A stretch of 64,000 nucleotides of DNA from contig CAZLEV010000001.1 in assembly GCA_964558645.1 (NCBI GenBank), forward strand, positions 29,568 through 93,567, read 5' to 3'. Origin of the DNA: an uncultured archaeon. Its GTDB lineage: Archaea > Asgardarchaeota > Thorarchaeia > Thorarchaeales > Thorarchaeaceae. Both the position numbers and the translations under genes were made by a program. Below, in pieces: positions 27,702-38,109 of the stretch (position 1 is the first letter of the stretch; every line of letters starts with the position of its first letter). Below the pieces are notes generated by a model that had not been told where the DNA came from, did not search any database, and saw nothing but the letters and a program-made list of their open reading frames with translations.

Positions 27702-28721
27702 ATGAATGAAGGGATAGTGCAATACAAGTCACTGAGACGTCACTTGGGCTTTGAGATATTTTGCCTCCTTCTAGCTGCTGCGGGAGGGTATTTCTTGACA
27801 CCCTTTTTCACGCCACAATCTGATCTAGACCTTCTCGCAGTAATATCGTGGTTCTTCTTAATGCCGCTTGCAATCAGCTCTATTGGCTTTGTGATTGGCT
27901 GGAAGGCAAAGAAGGATGCCGTTGATTATACAGGTTATCGATGGGAGTTCGATGCTAAGCAGTACCGCATTGAGGAAGTGATAGGGCTCTTCAGGGATTA
28001 CAAGAGGCGTTACTCACGACTCATACCCGAATCGCAATTCTGGTATTTCTTTGTACCAGTGCTCCTCATATTAGCAACCCTTTCTGTACCACTCTACTCG
28101 TTCTTCTACATGACATGGCTTACCGCCTATGTGGATGAGGTGACTGCCCTGCTCTTGGTGGCGATATTTGCTTTCTCATCTTATGGCGGGTTTCGAGCAA
28201 CATCCAACGACGCGTCGGAAGACTTCAAGATTCCCCTAATACGGGAGAGCCTCGATCTGGCGAGAACTCAAGAGGATACTCCTGGCGTTTCTCAAGTGCG
28301 AATCGTGCTCGATGCTGCACAACACAACGACTTGGCAGTTTACAGGGTTCCCCGCGTATTGGTTCGAATCAGCGGCATTGAGGAGCAAGCCTACATCGAG
28401 TCTCTGACTGAGGAATTGGGTGCGGTGTCCAGCATCTTCTGTCGTCTGTTGAGGACTGATGACACTCCGGCAGTTGATTGGTGGTGGACAAGCAGGGATC
28501 GGCTTTTCCGAAAACATATTGGAGGAGAGGAAGAAGGATACTACGTCAAGCTACCCGTTCCTACGAAGAAGGAAAAGCTAGGAGTCAAGGACGTATCTGA
28601 GTTGACTGCTAATGCCGTCGCGCTTGTCTCTATAGAGGCGATTAAACGTGAGATCGCATCAAACCAATGTCGGGACATTCTGAGACAGCTCGATGTGCCC
28701 GAGGGCTACCCCTCTATCTAA
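27702..28721 (+). CDS. Uncharacterised 4-TM membrane protein, paralog 1 of 3
   Basis: Long ORF with two TM pairs separated by DY...W.F...Y..L, then a soluble C-terminal domain. Confidence 0.75.
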   Translation: MNEGIVQYKSLRRHLGFEIFCLLLAAAGGYFLTPFFTPQSDLDLLAVISWFFLMPLAISSIGFVIGWKAKKDAVDYTGYRWEFDAKQYRIEEVIGLFRDYKRRYSRLIPESQFWYFFVPVLLILATLSVPLYSFFYMTWLTAYVDEVTALLLVAIFAFSSYGGFRATSNDASEDFKIPLIRESLDLARTQEDTPGVSQVRIVLDAAQHNDLAVYRVPRVLVRISGIEEQAYIESLTEELGAVSSIFCRLLRTDDTPAVDWWWTSRDRLFRKHIGGEEEGYYVKLPVPTKKEKLGVKDVSELTANAVALVSIEAIKREIASNQCRDILRQLDVPEGYPSI

Positions 28722-28740
28722 TCTCCGAGGTTGGTGGTGA

Positions 28741-29745
28741 TTGTTGACCGATGAACCTCTGGACCTTGGACGGCCCCTCATCTATCAGGCTCTGGTTCTC
28801 GTAGTCGTGTTGATCTGGGGATTTCATGCTGGTGATCGTGCGCAGTACCTCCTCCTCGTGTATGAGCAGAATCCTCTTGACTGGTATGGCTTCTCTCTGG
28901 TTCTACTTGTCAGCTTGGCCTCATCTACTGCATTTTTGTCTTGGTTCTTCAGGAGCAGAATAACTATCGGCAGTACTGATTGGGAATTCCACGAGCGGGA
29001 ACTGTCCTTTTCCGATTTTAGCGAGCTAATAGGGCAGTACCGTCGCGCCTATTCGTTAGTGCTGGTCGATCTTGACATGAACCTCTTGTTCACGTTCACG
29101 CTCTTCGGCTCAGCTGCGGTGCTAGCACCTCCTGCTATGGCGAGAGTTTCAGTTCTAGGACTTATCTACTCGCCCTATGTATACGGGGCGCTTCTGATAG
29201 GTTTTGGTGTTTCATTTGCGCTGTTTGTTTTTCGTGTTTCTCCTTCACCCGCAAGCAGCGAATTTCAGACTACTTCTACAAAGGAGATAGAACGATATGT
29301 GAAGACTCTCGGCAATGCTTGTGGAATATCATGGGTAGGCGTAAGGCTAAGGATAGGGGAGTGGCAGGGTCTTTATACGATTAGAGACGTCGGTGCTATC
29401 GGACGCATCGAGTCTATCGAGTCCGCAGGAAGAATCATAATCGAGCCGGAGGCAGGATCCCCAAGAATAGCTCTGACACGTGAAGTAGAGCTGGGTTTGG
29501 ACTTGCACTCAAAAGTTCTCCACCATAACGCCAGAATCTCTGAGCTGAAGCAGCATGTTGAACTGTTCGTATTGGATGCACTGGAGTTCTATACGGCGAC
29601 CCGTGAGGTTGATTCAATGATCTATGAAGTGATGCAGGACGTTAAGCGATGCCTTGCTAGGTCAGGCCCATCACATCCAAACGATGCTCTTATTTCAGAA
29701 GAAAATGATAGAACAAGACAGACGCGTGGGAAAGACAATGAGTGA
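28741..29745 (+). CDS. Uncharacterised 4-TM membrane protein, paralog 2 of 3
   Basis: Same architecture and motif spacing as its neighbours. Confidence 0.72.
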   Translation: MLTDEPLDLGRPLIYQALVLVVVLIWGFHAGDRAQYLLLVYEQNPLDWYGFSLVLLVSLASSTAFLSWFFRSRITIGSTDWEFHERELSFSDFSELIGQYRRAYSLVLVDLDMNLLFTFTLFGSAAVLAPPAMARVSVLGLIYSPYVYGALLIGFGVSFALFVFRVSPSPASSEFQTTSTKEIERYVKTLGNACGISWVGVRLRIGEWQGLYTIRDVGAIGRIESIESAGRIIIEPEAGSPRIALTREVELGLDLHSKVLHHNARISELKQHVELFVLDALEFYTATREVDSMIYEVMQDVKRCLARSGPSHPNDALISEENDRTRQTRGKDNE

Positions 29746-30697
29746 GTCGGAGATTATTGACTATGGCCGGCAGAAGCTGGTGAACAGACTCTTTGCCTTC
29801 TTTGTGGTTGCTGTTATCGCAGTGGCCGTATTCTCTTTCATAGAGAACATGACCTTTGACAATTTCATCATCTTGTTTGCTCTCGTTCCCTTTGCCCTTG
29901 GTCTCGCTTCTCTTGGCTTTGGTGCTGCCTCCAAGAGAGCAATCGACTATGTACCTGGGAAGTGGAAAAGGGAGAAGACTTGGGTTGATCTGGCACAATA
30001 TCAGACGATGAAAGAGAAGTACGATGAGGCATATGGGCATCTGACAAAGAAAGACAATGCCTGCTGCAGCTGTGTCTGCGGAATATTCCTGATTCCTGCA
30101 CTCATCATTACGTTTCTAATACCTTTTGATTTCTCTGTTCCTCCGTTGATATACTCCGTCATATTCATCGCGATTCTCTACACGATTCCATCCGCTCTAG
30201 GTTTCTGGGCAGGCTACGGCAGCGTGGGTATAGATCCTCACCAGTTTTTCGAAGAGCCTGACACAGGAACTCCCCACAAATACTTGGCAGAACTCTCGAC
30301 TGTTCCTGGGGTCAGAGCTGGGTATAGTGTAACTATGGGATCGAGAGCTGGCATTCGCACGATTATTGAGGCTGAACCGAAGATACACCTCGAAGGCCTG
30401 CCGGAAACGGTTGCGCTTCAGGTACAGGTATCAGAATCCGGATTTGTCTATCCGTATATTGTTGGAACCGTGTATAAAGGCGGTACGGTGAGTGAGAGTG
30501 AAGAAATCTATCGCATAGGAACAAAATACCCTGCACTGATTGAGTACAGCATGGATGGTGATGTGGCAGTCATTGTTGGTAGATTTGATATTCCTGAGCG
30601 AACTAGCAGTATACCAAGAATTTCACAACGTGATTTCCGAAGACTGGCTGAGCTTGTCATTAAAAAGGTGAAGGACATTCATGACTCAGGTCAGTAA
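29738..30697 (+). CDS. Uncharacterised 4-TM membrane protein, paralog 3 of 3
   Basis: ATG at 29738 overlaps the end of the upstream gene by 8 bp. Same architecture; CCSCVC before TM3. Confidence 0.75.
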   Translation: MSESEIIDYGRQKLVNRLFAFFVVAVIAVAVFSFIENMTFDNFIILFALVPFALGLASLGFGAASKRAIDYVPGKWKREKTWVDLAQYQTMKEKYDEAYGHLTKKDNACCSCVCGIFLIPALIITFLIPFDFSVPPLIYSVIFIAILYTIPSALGFWAGYGSVGIDPHQFFEEPDTGTPHKYLAELSTVPGVRAGYSVTMGSRAGIRTIIEAEPKIHLEGLPETVALQVQVSESGFVYPYIVGTVYKGGTVSESEEIYRIGTKYPALIEYSMDGDVAVIVGRFDIPERTSSIPRISQRDFRRLAELVIKKVKDIHDSGQ

Positions 30698-30768
30698 ATC
30701 ACAGTCAGCTTTAATTGGTGGTCCTGCCGGGAAGGCACACAGTACCTAGACACATGAGTTGAGCAATA

Positions 30769-31077
30769 ATGGCATCTTCGAACTGGACAAACAAATGGAT
30801 AATCCTACTTCTCAGCGGAATCATCATTCAGGCCATCGCCTACCCCTTCATTTGGGTCTTCCAGCTTTTCAGTCATGAGTACCTTCTTGATGTCTTCATA
30901 GTCAGCATTGCATCTGTTCTAATCCAGTTCGCTGGCTTTCTCGTCATCATATCCAAGACCAAGGATGAAGACCCAAACATCTACGGTCAGGGACGTCCCT
31001 TCCAGCACAAGCTTCGTGAAGAGGATGAGGATGTGGCCGATAGAAAGCCCACCTATGCTGAAGATTCAGTTGAATAG
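30769..31077 (+). CDS. Small 2-TM membrane protein
   Basis: Two hydrophobic segments and a charged tail; co-oriented with the triplet. Confidence 0.65.
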   Translation: MASSNWTNKWIILLLSGIIIQAIAYPFIWVFQLFSHEYLLDVFIVSIASVLIQFAGFLVIISKTKDEDPNIYGQGRPFQHKLREEDEDVADRKPTYAEDSVE

Positions 31078-31106
31078 CCTGCTAGTGACAGGCCCTTGGT
31101 ATGACA

Positions 31107-31126
31107 CTCAGCAACGGCTGAGCTTT
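31107..31126 (+). terminator. Putative terminator hairpin
   Basis: CTCAGC-AACG-GCTGAG followed by CTTT, ~30 bp after the 27702-31077 gene run. Confidence 0.35.
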
Positions 31127-31238
31127 AGTGCTGGCCAGAAGGCTATGCTTAGCTGGAACCAGCTCAGATTGCCGGGAGGTTGCTAGATTGCTGTTCTATT
31201 TAAGCATCCTATGAAGACCGACTTCGTGGTATGATACA

Positions 31239-32825
31239 GTGCACACTGTCAGTCGTTTACTCCTTGCAATTGCCATCATTCACCTCTATCTCGAAGGCCC
31301 TGTTGCTAACGGGCTCACACCCATGTATTTTCCAATTGATGCCGCCTGTCTTTCATCTCCACCAATACAGATTGTTAGTGACGAGGATTTTGGGGAGCTA
31401 GGTTTTCCGGGAACTGGGACTCGTGATGATCCCTACCGAATCGAGAATCTGCTTATACTGAGCAATCAAACATGTATCGATATTCGCGATACTCGATCGT
31501 GGTTAGAAATAGTCAACTGTACCCTGACAAGCAGTACCCAAGGCATGTCAGGAGTCTATCTCACCAATGTAAGCCATGTAACGATCACAGAATGTCATGT
31601 GACAAACATGCGAGAAGGTGTCTATCTGCTCCATAGCTCCAACTGCACAGTTTCGGACTGTCGCCTACTCGGCAACGCAAGGCGCGGAATAGTAATGGCA
31701 ATGAACACAAACATCACTGTATCAGGAAATCAGATACACGACGGTGATGGTGATGGCATATTCATTTCGGGTCGAAACAGAGGAAGCAATGTTTCATGCA
31801 ATACCTTGTATCGCAACAATTGGCATGGAATGTACTTGGAAGCCGCTCGCGACGTCGAGGTGTCCTCAAATGTGGTGACGGACAGCATGTTTGGGATTCT
31901 CCTTGAACGCTCTCAGAACATAACCTTCTGTGATAATGAACTACGAAGGCACTCCTTGGGCGGCCTTCTATTCGAGTCCTCTGGTTATAATGCTGTATCA
32001 GGTAATCGCTTCTATGGCTGCGGTCTACAGGTCCAGGGCCATCCTGTTCACAACTGGGCTCTGGAGGTCACCAACAACACGGTAGAAGGACGCCCTCTCG
32101 GATTTTTCCACAATGTAACAGATACTATCCTTGACCTTTCAGAATACGGTCAGATTATCGTTGTTGAGTCTCGTGACTTAGTCCTGCGGAACGCACTGAT
32201 TCACTGTACAGACCATGGTATTCGTCTCGGGTATTGTGACAACGTCACCGTGACTGATTGTGAGGTATTCGACTGTTCGCGGGATGGCATAATCTCACAA
32301 TATTCGTCAAACTGCACTTTCTTCAACAACCTAGTCCACAGAACACTGCGAGTTGCTATCTATCTCTTCCAATGCTCGAGATGCTCAGTCCACGAAAACA
32401 TAATTCGTAGGAATCTGGATGGAGTGTACCTATCGGCCACAAACAACAGCACACTATCAGGGAACGAGATTGTCCTCAATGAGCGTTATGGCATCTGTCT
32501 TGGTTTTGGGAGTGATTCCAATCTTATATTCAACAACAGGCTTGGATGGAACAATCACTCAAACGGATACGACGACTCTGAGAACAACGCTTGGGACAAC
32601 GGTATAGTAGGCAATGCTTGGAGTGACTATGCCGGGGAAGAAGTATATCACATTGCTGGCCCCTCGAACAGCATTGACAGATTTCCACGTCGCTATGTCA
32701 CAAGCACTACTGAAACAACCAACGGTGAAGAGTTCGATGGCTTGATACTCTTCTCTTTCAGTGCTCTGCTCGTTTCTCTCATTGGTGTGGTTGTGCTCTT
32801 CGCCTTCAAGAAACGATATACCTAG
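31239..32825 (+). CDS. Surface protein with right-handed beta-helix (NosD/CASH-like) repeats and C-terminal TM anchor
   Basis: GTGTRDDPYRIE, repeated GI.L..S.N..V..N.I..N, GNAWSDY and DRFP motifs; C-terminal TM plus KKR. Confidence 0.85.
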   Translation: MHTVSRLLLAIAIIHLYLEGPVANGLTPMYFPIDAACLSSPPIQIVSDEDFGELGFPGTGTRDDPYRIENLLILSNQTCIDIRDTRSWLEIVNCTLTSSTQGMSGVYLTNVSHVTITECHVTNMREGVYLLHSSNCTVSDCRLLGNARRGIVMAMNTNITVSGNQIHDGDGDGIFISGRNRGSNVSCNTLYRNNWHGMYLEAARDVEVSSNVVTDSMFGILLERSQNITFCDNELRRHSLGGLLFESSGYNAVSGNRFYGCGLQVQGHPVHNWALEVTNNTVEGRPLGFFHNVTDTILDLSEYGQIIVVESRDLVLRNALIHCTDHGIRLGYCDNVTVTDCEVFDCSRDGIISQYSSNCTFFNNLVHRTLRVAIYLFQCSRCSVHENIIRRNLDGVYLSATNNSTLSGNEIVLNERYGICLGFGSDSNLIFNNRLGWNNHSNGYDDSENNAWDNGIVGNAWSDYAGEEVYHIAGPSNSIDRFPRRYVTSTTETTNGEEFDGLILFSFSALLVSLIGVVVLFAFKKRYT

Positions 32826-32846
32826 AGCTCTTGGAGTCTATGGCTT

Positions 32847-33686
32847 TCATGGCCATATTCGTGGCGGTACATGTGGCGGAATAGAGCCGGGGAGCCACAG
32901 GTTAAGGAGGGGAAGGTATGGCGCTAGAGCAATCGTGACTACTACTAGGACGGCAAATGTGAAGGTATGCACTGCTGTCACATATGTGTAGTATGGTCTG
33001 ATGTAGGAGTAGAACGCAAACGCCGGGATGGATATTGCCGCCATTGCCATTATCTCTACGGGATCAAAGAAGAAAGGCATAGAAACTGGCCATAGGAAGT
33101 AGAATACTCCCGTTATCTTCTCGCTGGAAGTTTCATGATGTGCAATTTTGTGGATTCCGTCGACTCCCTGTGAGAGGAAGAAGACAGGTATCAAGAGCCA
33201 CCACTGGAGGCCTACGAAGAACATGGGTCCTGCGTAGAAGAGAAGGTCTCCAAGGCTCTCCACTCTCTCCCAGAGGGGATTTCTTGCTATGTATTCGGTC
33301 GCCTCGGTCATATAATAGCCAATCATCTGCATCAGAACTAGAATGGGAAGGAATACGAAGGATATGACAATCATTACTACCGCCGCTCTTGGCAGTTCCG
33401 AAATCTTGCCCTCGTGGTAATTGTCCAGCGGGTAGATACCGTGTAATGTAATTGCTGTAATCAGAACAAGAATCCCACTCGGAACGAAGAATAAAGGTTG
33501 AGCGAGGTAGCTGAAGACTCCAAGGAATGAATACATGTTGCCAGTCAAGGACTCGGGAGCGAGATACCAAACGCCGAAGACTACAAGCAGTTCGGGTATC
33601 AGCATCTTCATGCGGTAGTCTTGAATGAATCTCATGATGGGCCCATGTTCGTTTTCCGTTGACGTCATTGAATGCCACCTGTACAT
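32847..33686 (-). CDS. Hypothetical polytopic membrane protein
   Basis: About 7 hydrophobic segments; co-oriented with the two upstream genes. Confidence 0.65.
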   Translation of the reverse strand: MYRWHSMTSTENEHGPIMRFIQDYRMKMLIPELLVVFGVWYLAPESLTGNMYSFLGVFSYLAQPLFFVPSGILVLITAITLHGIYPLDNYHEGKISELPRAAVVMIVISFVFLPILVLMQMIGYYMTEATEYIARNPLWERVESLGDLLFYAGPMFFVGLQWWLLIPVFFLSQGVDGIHKIAHHETSSEKITGVFYFLWPVSMPFFFDPVEIMAMAAISIPAFAFYSYIRPYYTYVTAVHTFTFAVLVVVTIALAPYLPLLNLWLPGSIPPHVPPRIWP

Positions 33687-33720
33687 CTGAGAGCCTGTCC
33701 AAGAATGGCGCCACTTAAGA

Positions 33721-34755
33721 TTATCTGGTCAAGAAGCTATCTTTCACTTCTTTGAAGACGCCATCAAATTTTCTACTCTCAGCATGTATTCTCTCGGTCA
33801 ATGCATCTGAAAGACCAGAGAGACCACACTGGGTCGAGACCATCGAGTTTTCTGTAATCAACTCAATGCTGACTCCGCTATCTGTGAATCCTTGGAAAGT
33901 GCTTTGGAGGCCTCTGCGCAGGAGTTCTATCACTGAATCAAAGAAGGCCTCCTCATTGTTCGGGATGACCCCGAGAGCGAATCCGCCGCCTCTTTCAATG
34001 AAATGATTGATTGCCTCGGATTGCTCAGATTCAAGATGCGGTGGATAATGGAGCACATCAATGTGAATTAGCCTGGCCTTCGAATCCCAGAGGAAGTAAT
34101 TGTCCCCAAATCGAAGCCGCCTCCAATCATCACAGTAGTGGTACGCTGGAATAGCCCCCTTGGGATAGACACTCTCTGTAGCTCTTGCAAGTTCCCCGAC
34201 TTCCAGACCTCCTATCCTGTTGCTCTGAATCATATTGATTGTGTGTCCAAGTGCTGGGTCGTCTTGACAGAGTATTATATTGTCGCAGAAACTTTCCAGA
34301 AACTCAACTTGCCCTGCCGCAACTCTGGCCATCAGAGATGCGAAGAAGCTGATCATGCTCTTGGAGAGTAACTGGCCACCATCGGGCCCTCTTATGGTGA
34401 AAGCCATTGTGGCGGGGGCTGTCTGTTGCGTCTTAAAATCTACGAAAGGTCCTCTTGATCGAAGCAGGTGGAGTCCATGAGCATGCTTGTTATCTGGTAT
34501 CAACGGGCTGTCGTCTTGCATGATCTCACTGTACGTATACATATCCACATCCAGAGTGAAGTCTTCCTCTTCCTCGAATCCATCAATAAGATATGCGAAT
34601 TGCCGGACCATGTCTTCCTCCTTGAACCTGGGAAGCTGGTACCAGTAAGGAACCGCCAAATCTGTGATATAGTCAAGCGGTGCAGTGTAGTCTCTTGCTC
34701 CCACGCTGCCCACCCCGAAGAACTCACCTACGAGTCTTTGCGGAACTACTTGCAT
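33721..34755 (-). CDS. Methionine synthase (MetE C-terminal/core)-like TIM-barrel protein
   Basis: WYQLP, CQDDPAL, YHYCD (HxC zinc ligands), ALGVIP and STQCGL (xxxCGL) resemble the URO-D/MetE superfamily. Confidence 0.6.
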   Translation of the reverse strand: MQVVPQRLVGEFFGVGSVGARDYTAPLDYITDLAVPYWYQLPRFKEEDMVRQFAYLIDGFEEEEDFTLDVDMYTYSEIMQDDSPLIPDNKHAHGLHLLRSRGPFVDFKTQQTAPATMAFTIRGPDGGQLLSKSMISFFASLMARVAAGQVEFLESFCDNIILCQDDPALGHTINMIQSNRIGGLEVGELARATESVYPKGAIPAYHYCDDWRRLRFGDNYFLWDSKARLIHIDVLHYPPHLESEQSEAINHFIERGGGFALGVIPNNEEAFFDSVIELLRRGLQSTFQGFTDSGVSIELITENSMVSTQCGLSGLSDALTERIHAESRKFDGVFKEVKDSFLTR

Positions 34756-34767
34756 CGTCGTGACAAC

Positions 34768-36483
34768 CTATTTCTTTCGGCCTTCTGCCTTTCGTCTTAC
34801 AACCCTGTTACAGGAGTTCAATGCCGGACATCCTTCGCACTCTCTTGGAACATCCTCAATCTCTTCTCCATAGAGTAGAATCTGCTCTCCCACCCCTGTG
34901 TCTGCAATTTCGGATTCGCTGGCAACATCCTTTGTTTCAGCGCGTCTTACGTGACACTTGTGTTCTTTGAGTTCTTCTGTGAACTCATCGATGTCCCCTC
35001 TGATGGCCGCAGCCATCGGTCCCACACGCCTGACTACATACTTATTGAATTCTTCAAGTAGGAGTAGATGGTCTAATTCAGCCTCAGTCTCTGTTTCAAA
35101 GAGCGTTACGTCGTCGACAGTGGCGAACATGCTTTGAGATGTCCAGTCCTGAATGGATCGGATGACGTTGTTTGGAATCGGTTTTGTGCTCTCTGCTTCA
35201 AGAAAACCGACTATCTCCTTCTCACGCATGCCCAGCTCTATCGAGTGGAAGATTGACCTCTCTGTGATTCTGAATGTGCTCACCACGTCCGTCTTTACTT
35301 GCTCAGTGAACAGCATGAGTTTGTAGAGCTTGGCGTAGTCCATCTCTGAGGTGAACACTGTGAGTTCGAAGTTCGGCTGAACGATGAATGTTTCATGTCC
35401 CTCCGTTAGCTCAAGGGTGTGCCCTCTGAGAACACTACTTCCAACCTTTGTGAGTCGAATTGCGGTAAGGTTTCCTCCACGGTAAGCCGCCTCGACTAGC
35501 CCAAGGAGAACTGGTGTTTCCAATGCAAGAGTGACTCTTTCTTCATCTACCTGTATCCATTTGAGCGGCTGCTTCTCAATAAAGAGCTCACTTCTTATCC
35601 ATTGACGCAGTTCACTTATGGAAATCCACTCTTCTGTAGAGCTATCTCTGAGCCTGCAGATGATCAGATTCAGAGTATACTCCGTCGGTTGATCCGGTGT
35701 TGCCCAAATCGCTCTTGTGCGTCCGAGCGAGGCTAAGAGAATCCGTCTTGAGGCATTGTCTTGCTTGCCAGAGAACAGGGCCTCCACTTTGGCAGGTACA
35801 ACTCTGTCTTCTTCGATAATGGCGTATGCTCCAGCTTTTCGGGCAATCTTCTGGACCAAATCAAATCTCTCTTCAGTGGACTCGGACATGGGTTTGATTA
35901 TGTCCTCCATGTCTCGCTTGGGAAACTCCCAGGAGCTGGTCATTGTAACTTCATTCTTGGCAAGATACGATACCAAGAGCAGGATGTCCACCAGAAGACT
36001 GTCGCGTTCGTCGATAATCGTATCGGCCTTTTCTGGATTATATCTGCCAGTGTCAGGCTTCTTCGAGAAATGTTCCTCTAGATATGGCAAAAAATGGTCA
36101 ATTATCTTGAACTCCGCTACTTCACGGCCATATTCGGTGAGTCTGGACATGACTCTCCTGATTATGATGCCTTTCTTTCTCAGATCACGTTCAGTTTGGT
36201 TAAGCTGGCCGTAGCTGTAGATCTTCCTATAGGGCTTGAGTCGATCATAGCTCATGGCACCGCCATTGAGACTGAGCATTCCGAGCAGGTCTAGTTCGCT
36301 GGGAGTGAATGTGGCAAAGACTCTCTCTCTAGTTTCCTCGTCGCTCATCTTCTTGGCAAGAAGCTCCGTCAACTGAGTACCTGACCGGGTGCCGCTCAGC
36401 TCGATGCCCCAATATTGGCAGGCGACCATCAGGTCTTCACGAAACATGTGTTCAAGTTCATTCTTCAGGCTTTCCTTTGCCAT
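34768..36483 (-). CDS. Non-helicase protein with an XPB/Ssl2-associated (Helicase_C_3-like) domain; candidate p52/Tfb2-like XPB partner
   Basis: FIVQPNFEL...FTEQ..TDVVSTFRITERSI...G....EI..FL...S..PIPNNV...I.DW; no Walker motifs; C-terminal CEGCPALNSC. Confidence 0.75.
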   Translation of the reverse strand: MAKESLKNELEHMFREDLMVACQYWGIELSGTRSGTQLTELLAKKMSDEETRERVFATFTPSELDLLGMLSLNGGAMSYDRLKPYRKIYSYGQLNQTERDLRKKGIIIRRVMSRLTEYGREVAEFKIIDHFLPYLEEHFSKKPDTGRYNPEKADTIIDERDSLLVDILLLVSYLAKNEVTMTSSWEFPKRDMEDIIKPMSESTEERFDLVQKIARKAGAYAIIEEDRVVPAKVEALFSGKQDNASRRILLASLGRTRAIWATPDQPTEYTLNLIICRLRDSSTEEWISISELRQWIRSELFIEKQPLKWIQVDEERVTLALETPVLLGLVEAAYRGGNLTAIRLTKVGSSVLRGHTLELTEGHETFIVQPNFELTVFTSEMDYAKLYKLMLFTEQVKTDVVSTFRITERSIFHSIELGMREKEIVGFLEAESTKPIPNNVIRSIQDWTSQSMFATVDDVTLFETETEAELDHLLLLEEFNKYVVRRVGPMAAAIRGDIDEFTEELKEHKCHVRRAETKDVASESEIADTGVGEQILLYGEEIEDVPRECEGCPALNSCNRVVRRKAEGRKK

Positions 36484-36630
36484 CTATCTGCATATCTCCT
36501 AAGAGCGAGTCGTGTAAACAAGGAGCCTCTGTTTTCTGGCTTTTGACAGTTGCGGTTTAGGGTGTTCGTTTCTTGACTATTCTCCTCAAAGACAGTTGTA
36601 CGAGAGTCAACCTTATCTTGACGGGACATC

Positions 36631-37764
36631 TTGAGGGCTCGGGTGGAAATTCTGAAGCCGCCATTATGGTGCGTGAAGTATCGTCCGGAGAAATGGATCG
36701 ATTTCATAGGCCAAGACAAAGCAATCAACAGACTGCGGGAGTTCGCTGAGAATCAGGTGTGCCCTCATATGATCTTCATGGGCCCTTACGGAACTGGTAA
36801 GACAAGCGCTGCAGAGCTCTTTGCACGCTCCTACCTGAAAGATGATTATGCGTCCAACTACATGTTCCTGAACGTTAGAGATCTGATTAACTATCCAGTG
36901 TCCAAAGCAAAGAGGAGCATCCAAAAGCTTGCCAAACTGGATCGTGGTCAGCGGACGGATTTCGATGAGTATATGTCGTTTGTCTACAGGGAGGCCAAAG
37001 ACACACTCAAGAGAAGAGGCACAAGCAGAAACCCAAACCGAAGACAGATGCTTCAGGAGGCAATCCATATCTTCGCCTCTACCATGACTGTTGTGGACGA
37101 GAGAGTCAAGCTTCTCGTACTGGATGAGGCAGATGCACTGAGCTACAGCATGCAACAAGCATTGCGCCGGACAATGGAGGTCTACAGCGATGCATGTCGG
37201 TTCATTCTCATAACTCCGAGTCTTGCAGGTTGGAGTCCTGCCATTCTGTCAAGAACCGTTATCATTCGTTTTCCTGCGGTTTCAGAGAGTGCAGCAGGAG
37301 AGCTTGTAACCAGGATAGCACAACAAGAAGATGTGAAAATTGACGATAAAGGACTCGCTGCAATATCTCGAGAATCCAAGGGCAATTTGAGAAGAGCAAC
37401 GAATCTTCTTCAGATGGCTCAGGCTGGTTCGGGTGTGGTCTCGGAAGATAGTGTCTACGAGGTCTATGAGACTGCACTAGATCGAGGAGTTCGTGAGATG
37501 GTCTCGACTTCAATCAACGGTGATTTTCTCAAGGCTCGTAAGAAACTGAGATACATGCTGACATTTGACGGGTTCTCCCCTGATGAGATAATCTTGGGAA
37601 TAAACCGGGACATCATTGCTCGCCCCTTCTCCAAAAAACTGGCATCCACACTCGTAGATCGGATTGCAGAGATAGACCATCGAATGGTACTAGCAAGAAA
37701 TCCATTCATCCAACTGGAGGCATTGCTTGCTTCGATAGCCGCCATCACCGAAGAATCCGCCTAG
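36631..37764 (+). CDS. rfcS: Replication factor C small subunit paralog with internal insertion
   Basis: LWCVKYRP, GPYGTGKT, LDEADAL..QQALRRTME, FIL and G(N)LRRA motifs. Confidence 0.88.
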   Translation: MRARVEILKPPLWCVKYRPEKWIDFIGQDKAINRLREFAENQVCPHMIFMGPYGTGKTSAAELFARSYLKDDYASNYMFLNVRDLINYPVSKAKRSIQKLAKLDRGQRTDFDEYMSFVYREAKDTLKRRGTSRNPNRRQMLQEAIHIFASTMTVVDERVKLLVLDEADALSYSMQQALRRTMEVYSDACRFILITPSLAGWSPAILSRTVIIRFPAVSESAAGELVTRIAQQEDVKIDDKGLAAISRESKGNLRRATNLLQMAQAGSGVVSEDSVYEVYETALDRGVREMVSTSINGDFLKARKKLRYMLTFDGFSPDEIILGINRDIIARPFSKKLASTLVDRIAEIDHRMVLARNPFIQLEALLASIAAITEESA

Positions 37765-38048
37765 AACATCGGTTCATAATCTCCGGTAAGACGAACAGAA
37801 TTCTCCATGGCAATGGCTTGATTTGGTGACAGCTCTTGACTATCGAAAAGGAATTGCGCTTCAATCATGTCACCCTTCCTATCCAGTATGCCCTTCATCT
37901 TTGCCGCCGTTAGCATCCGTCTGATATCGCTGGGATAACCATACCGCCACCTGAATGAGAGGTACTCAACAGCCTCTTCCAATTCAACCGATGAACCAAT
38001 GGTCCTGAAGAGGTGCGCCAGTATGAGGATTATCTCACGTCCCATCAT
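37761..38048 (-). CDS. Small conserved archaeal protein (DUF2240-like)
   Basis: LSFRWRYGYPS..R.L..A...GIL pattern. Confidence 0.55.
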   Translation of the reverse strand: MMGREIILILAHLFRTIGSSVELEEAVEYLSFRWRYGYPSDIRRMLTAAKMKGILDRKGDMIEAQFLFDSQELSPNQAIAMENSVRLTGDYEPMF

Positions 38049-38109
38049 ACGCCTAGCTCATTTACACAGTTTAATTAGCTTAATGAAGCCGGATGCACAT
38101 GACACGAAT

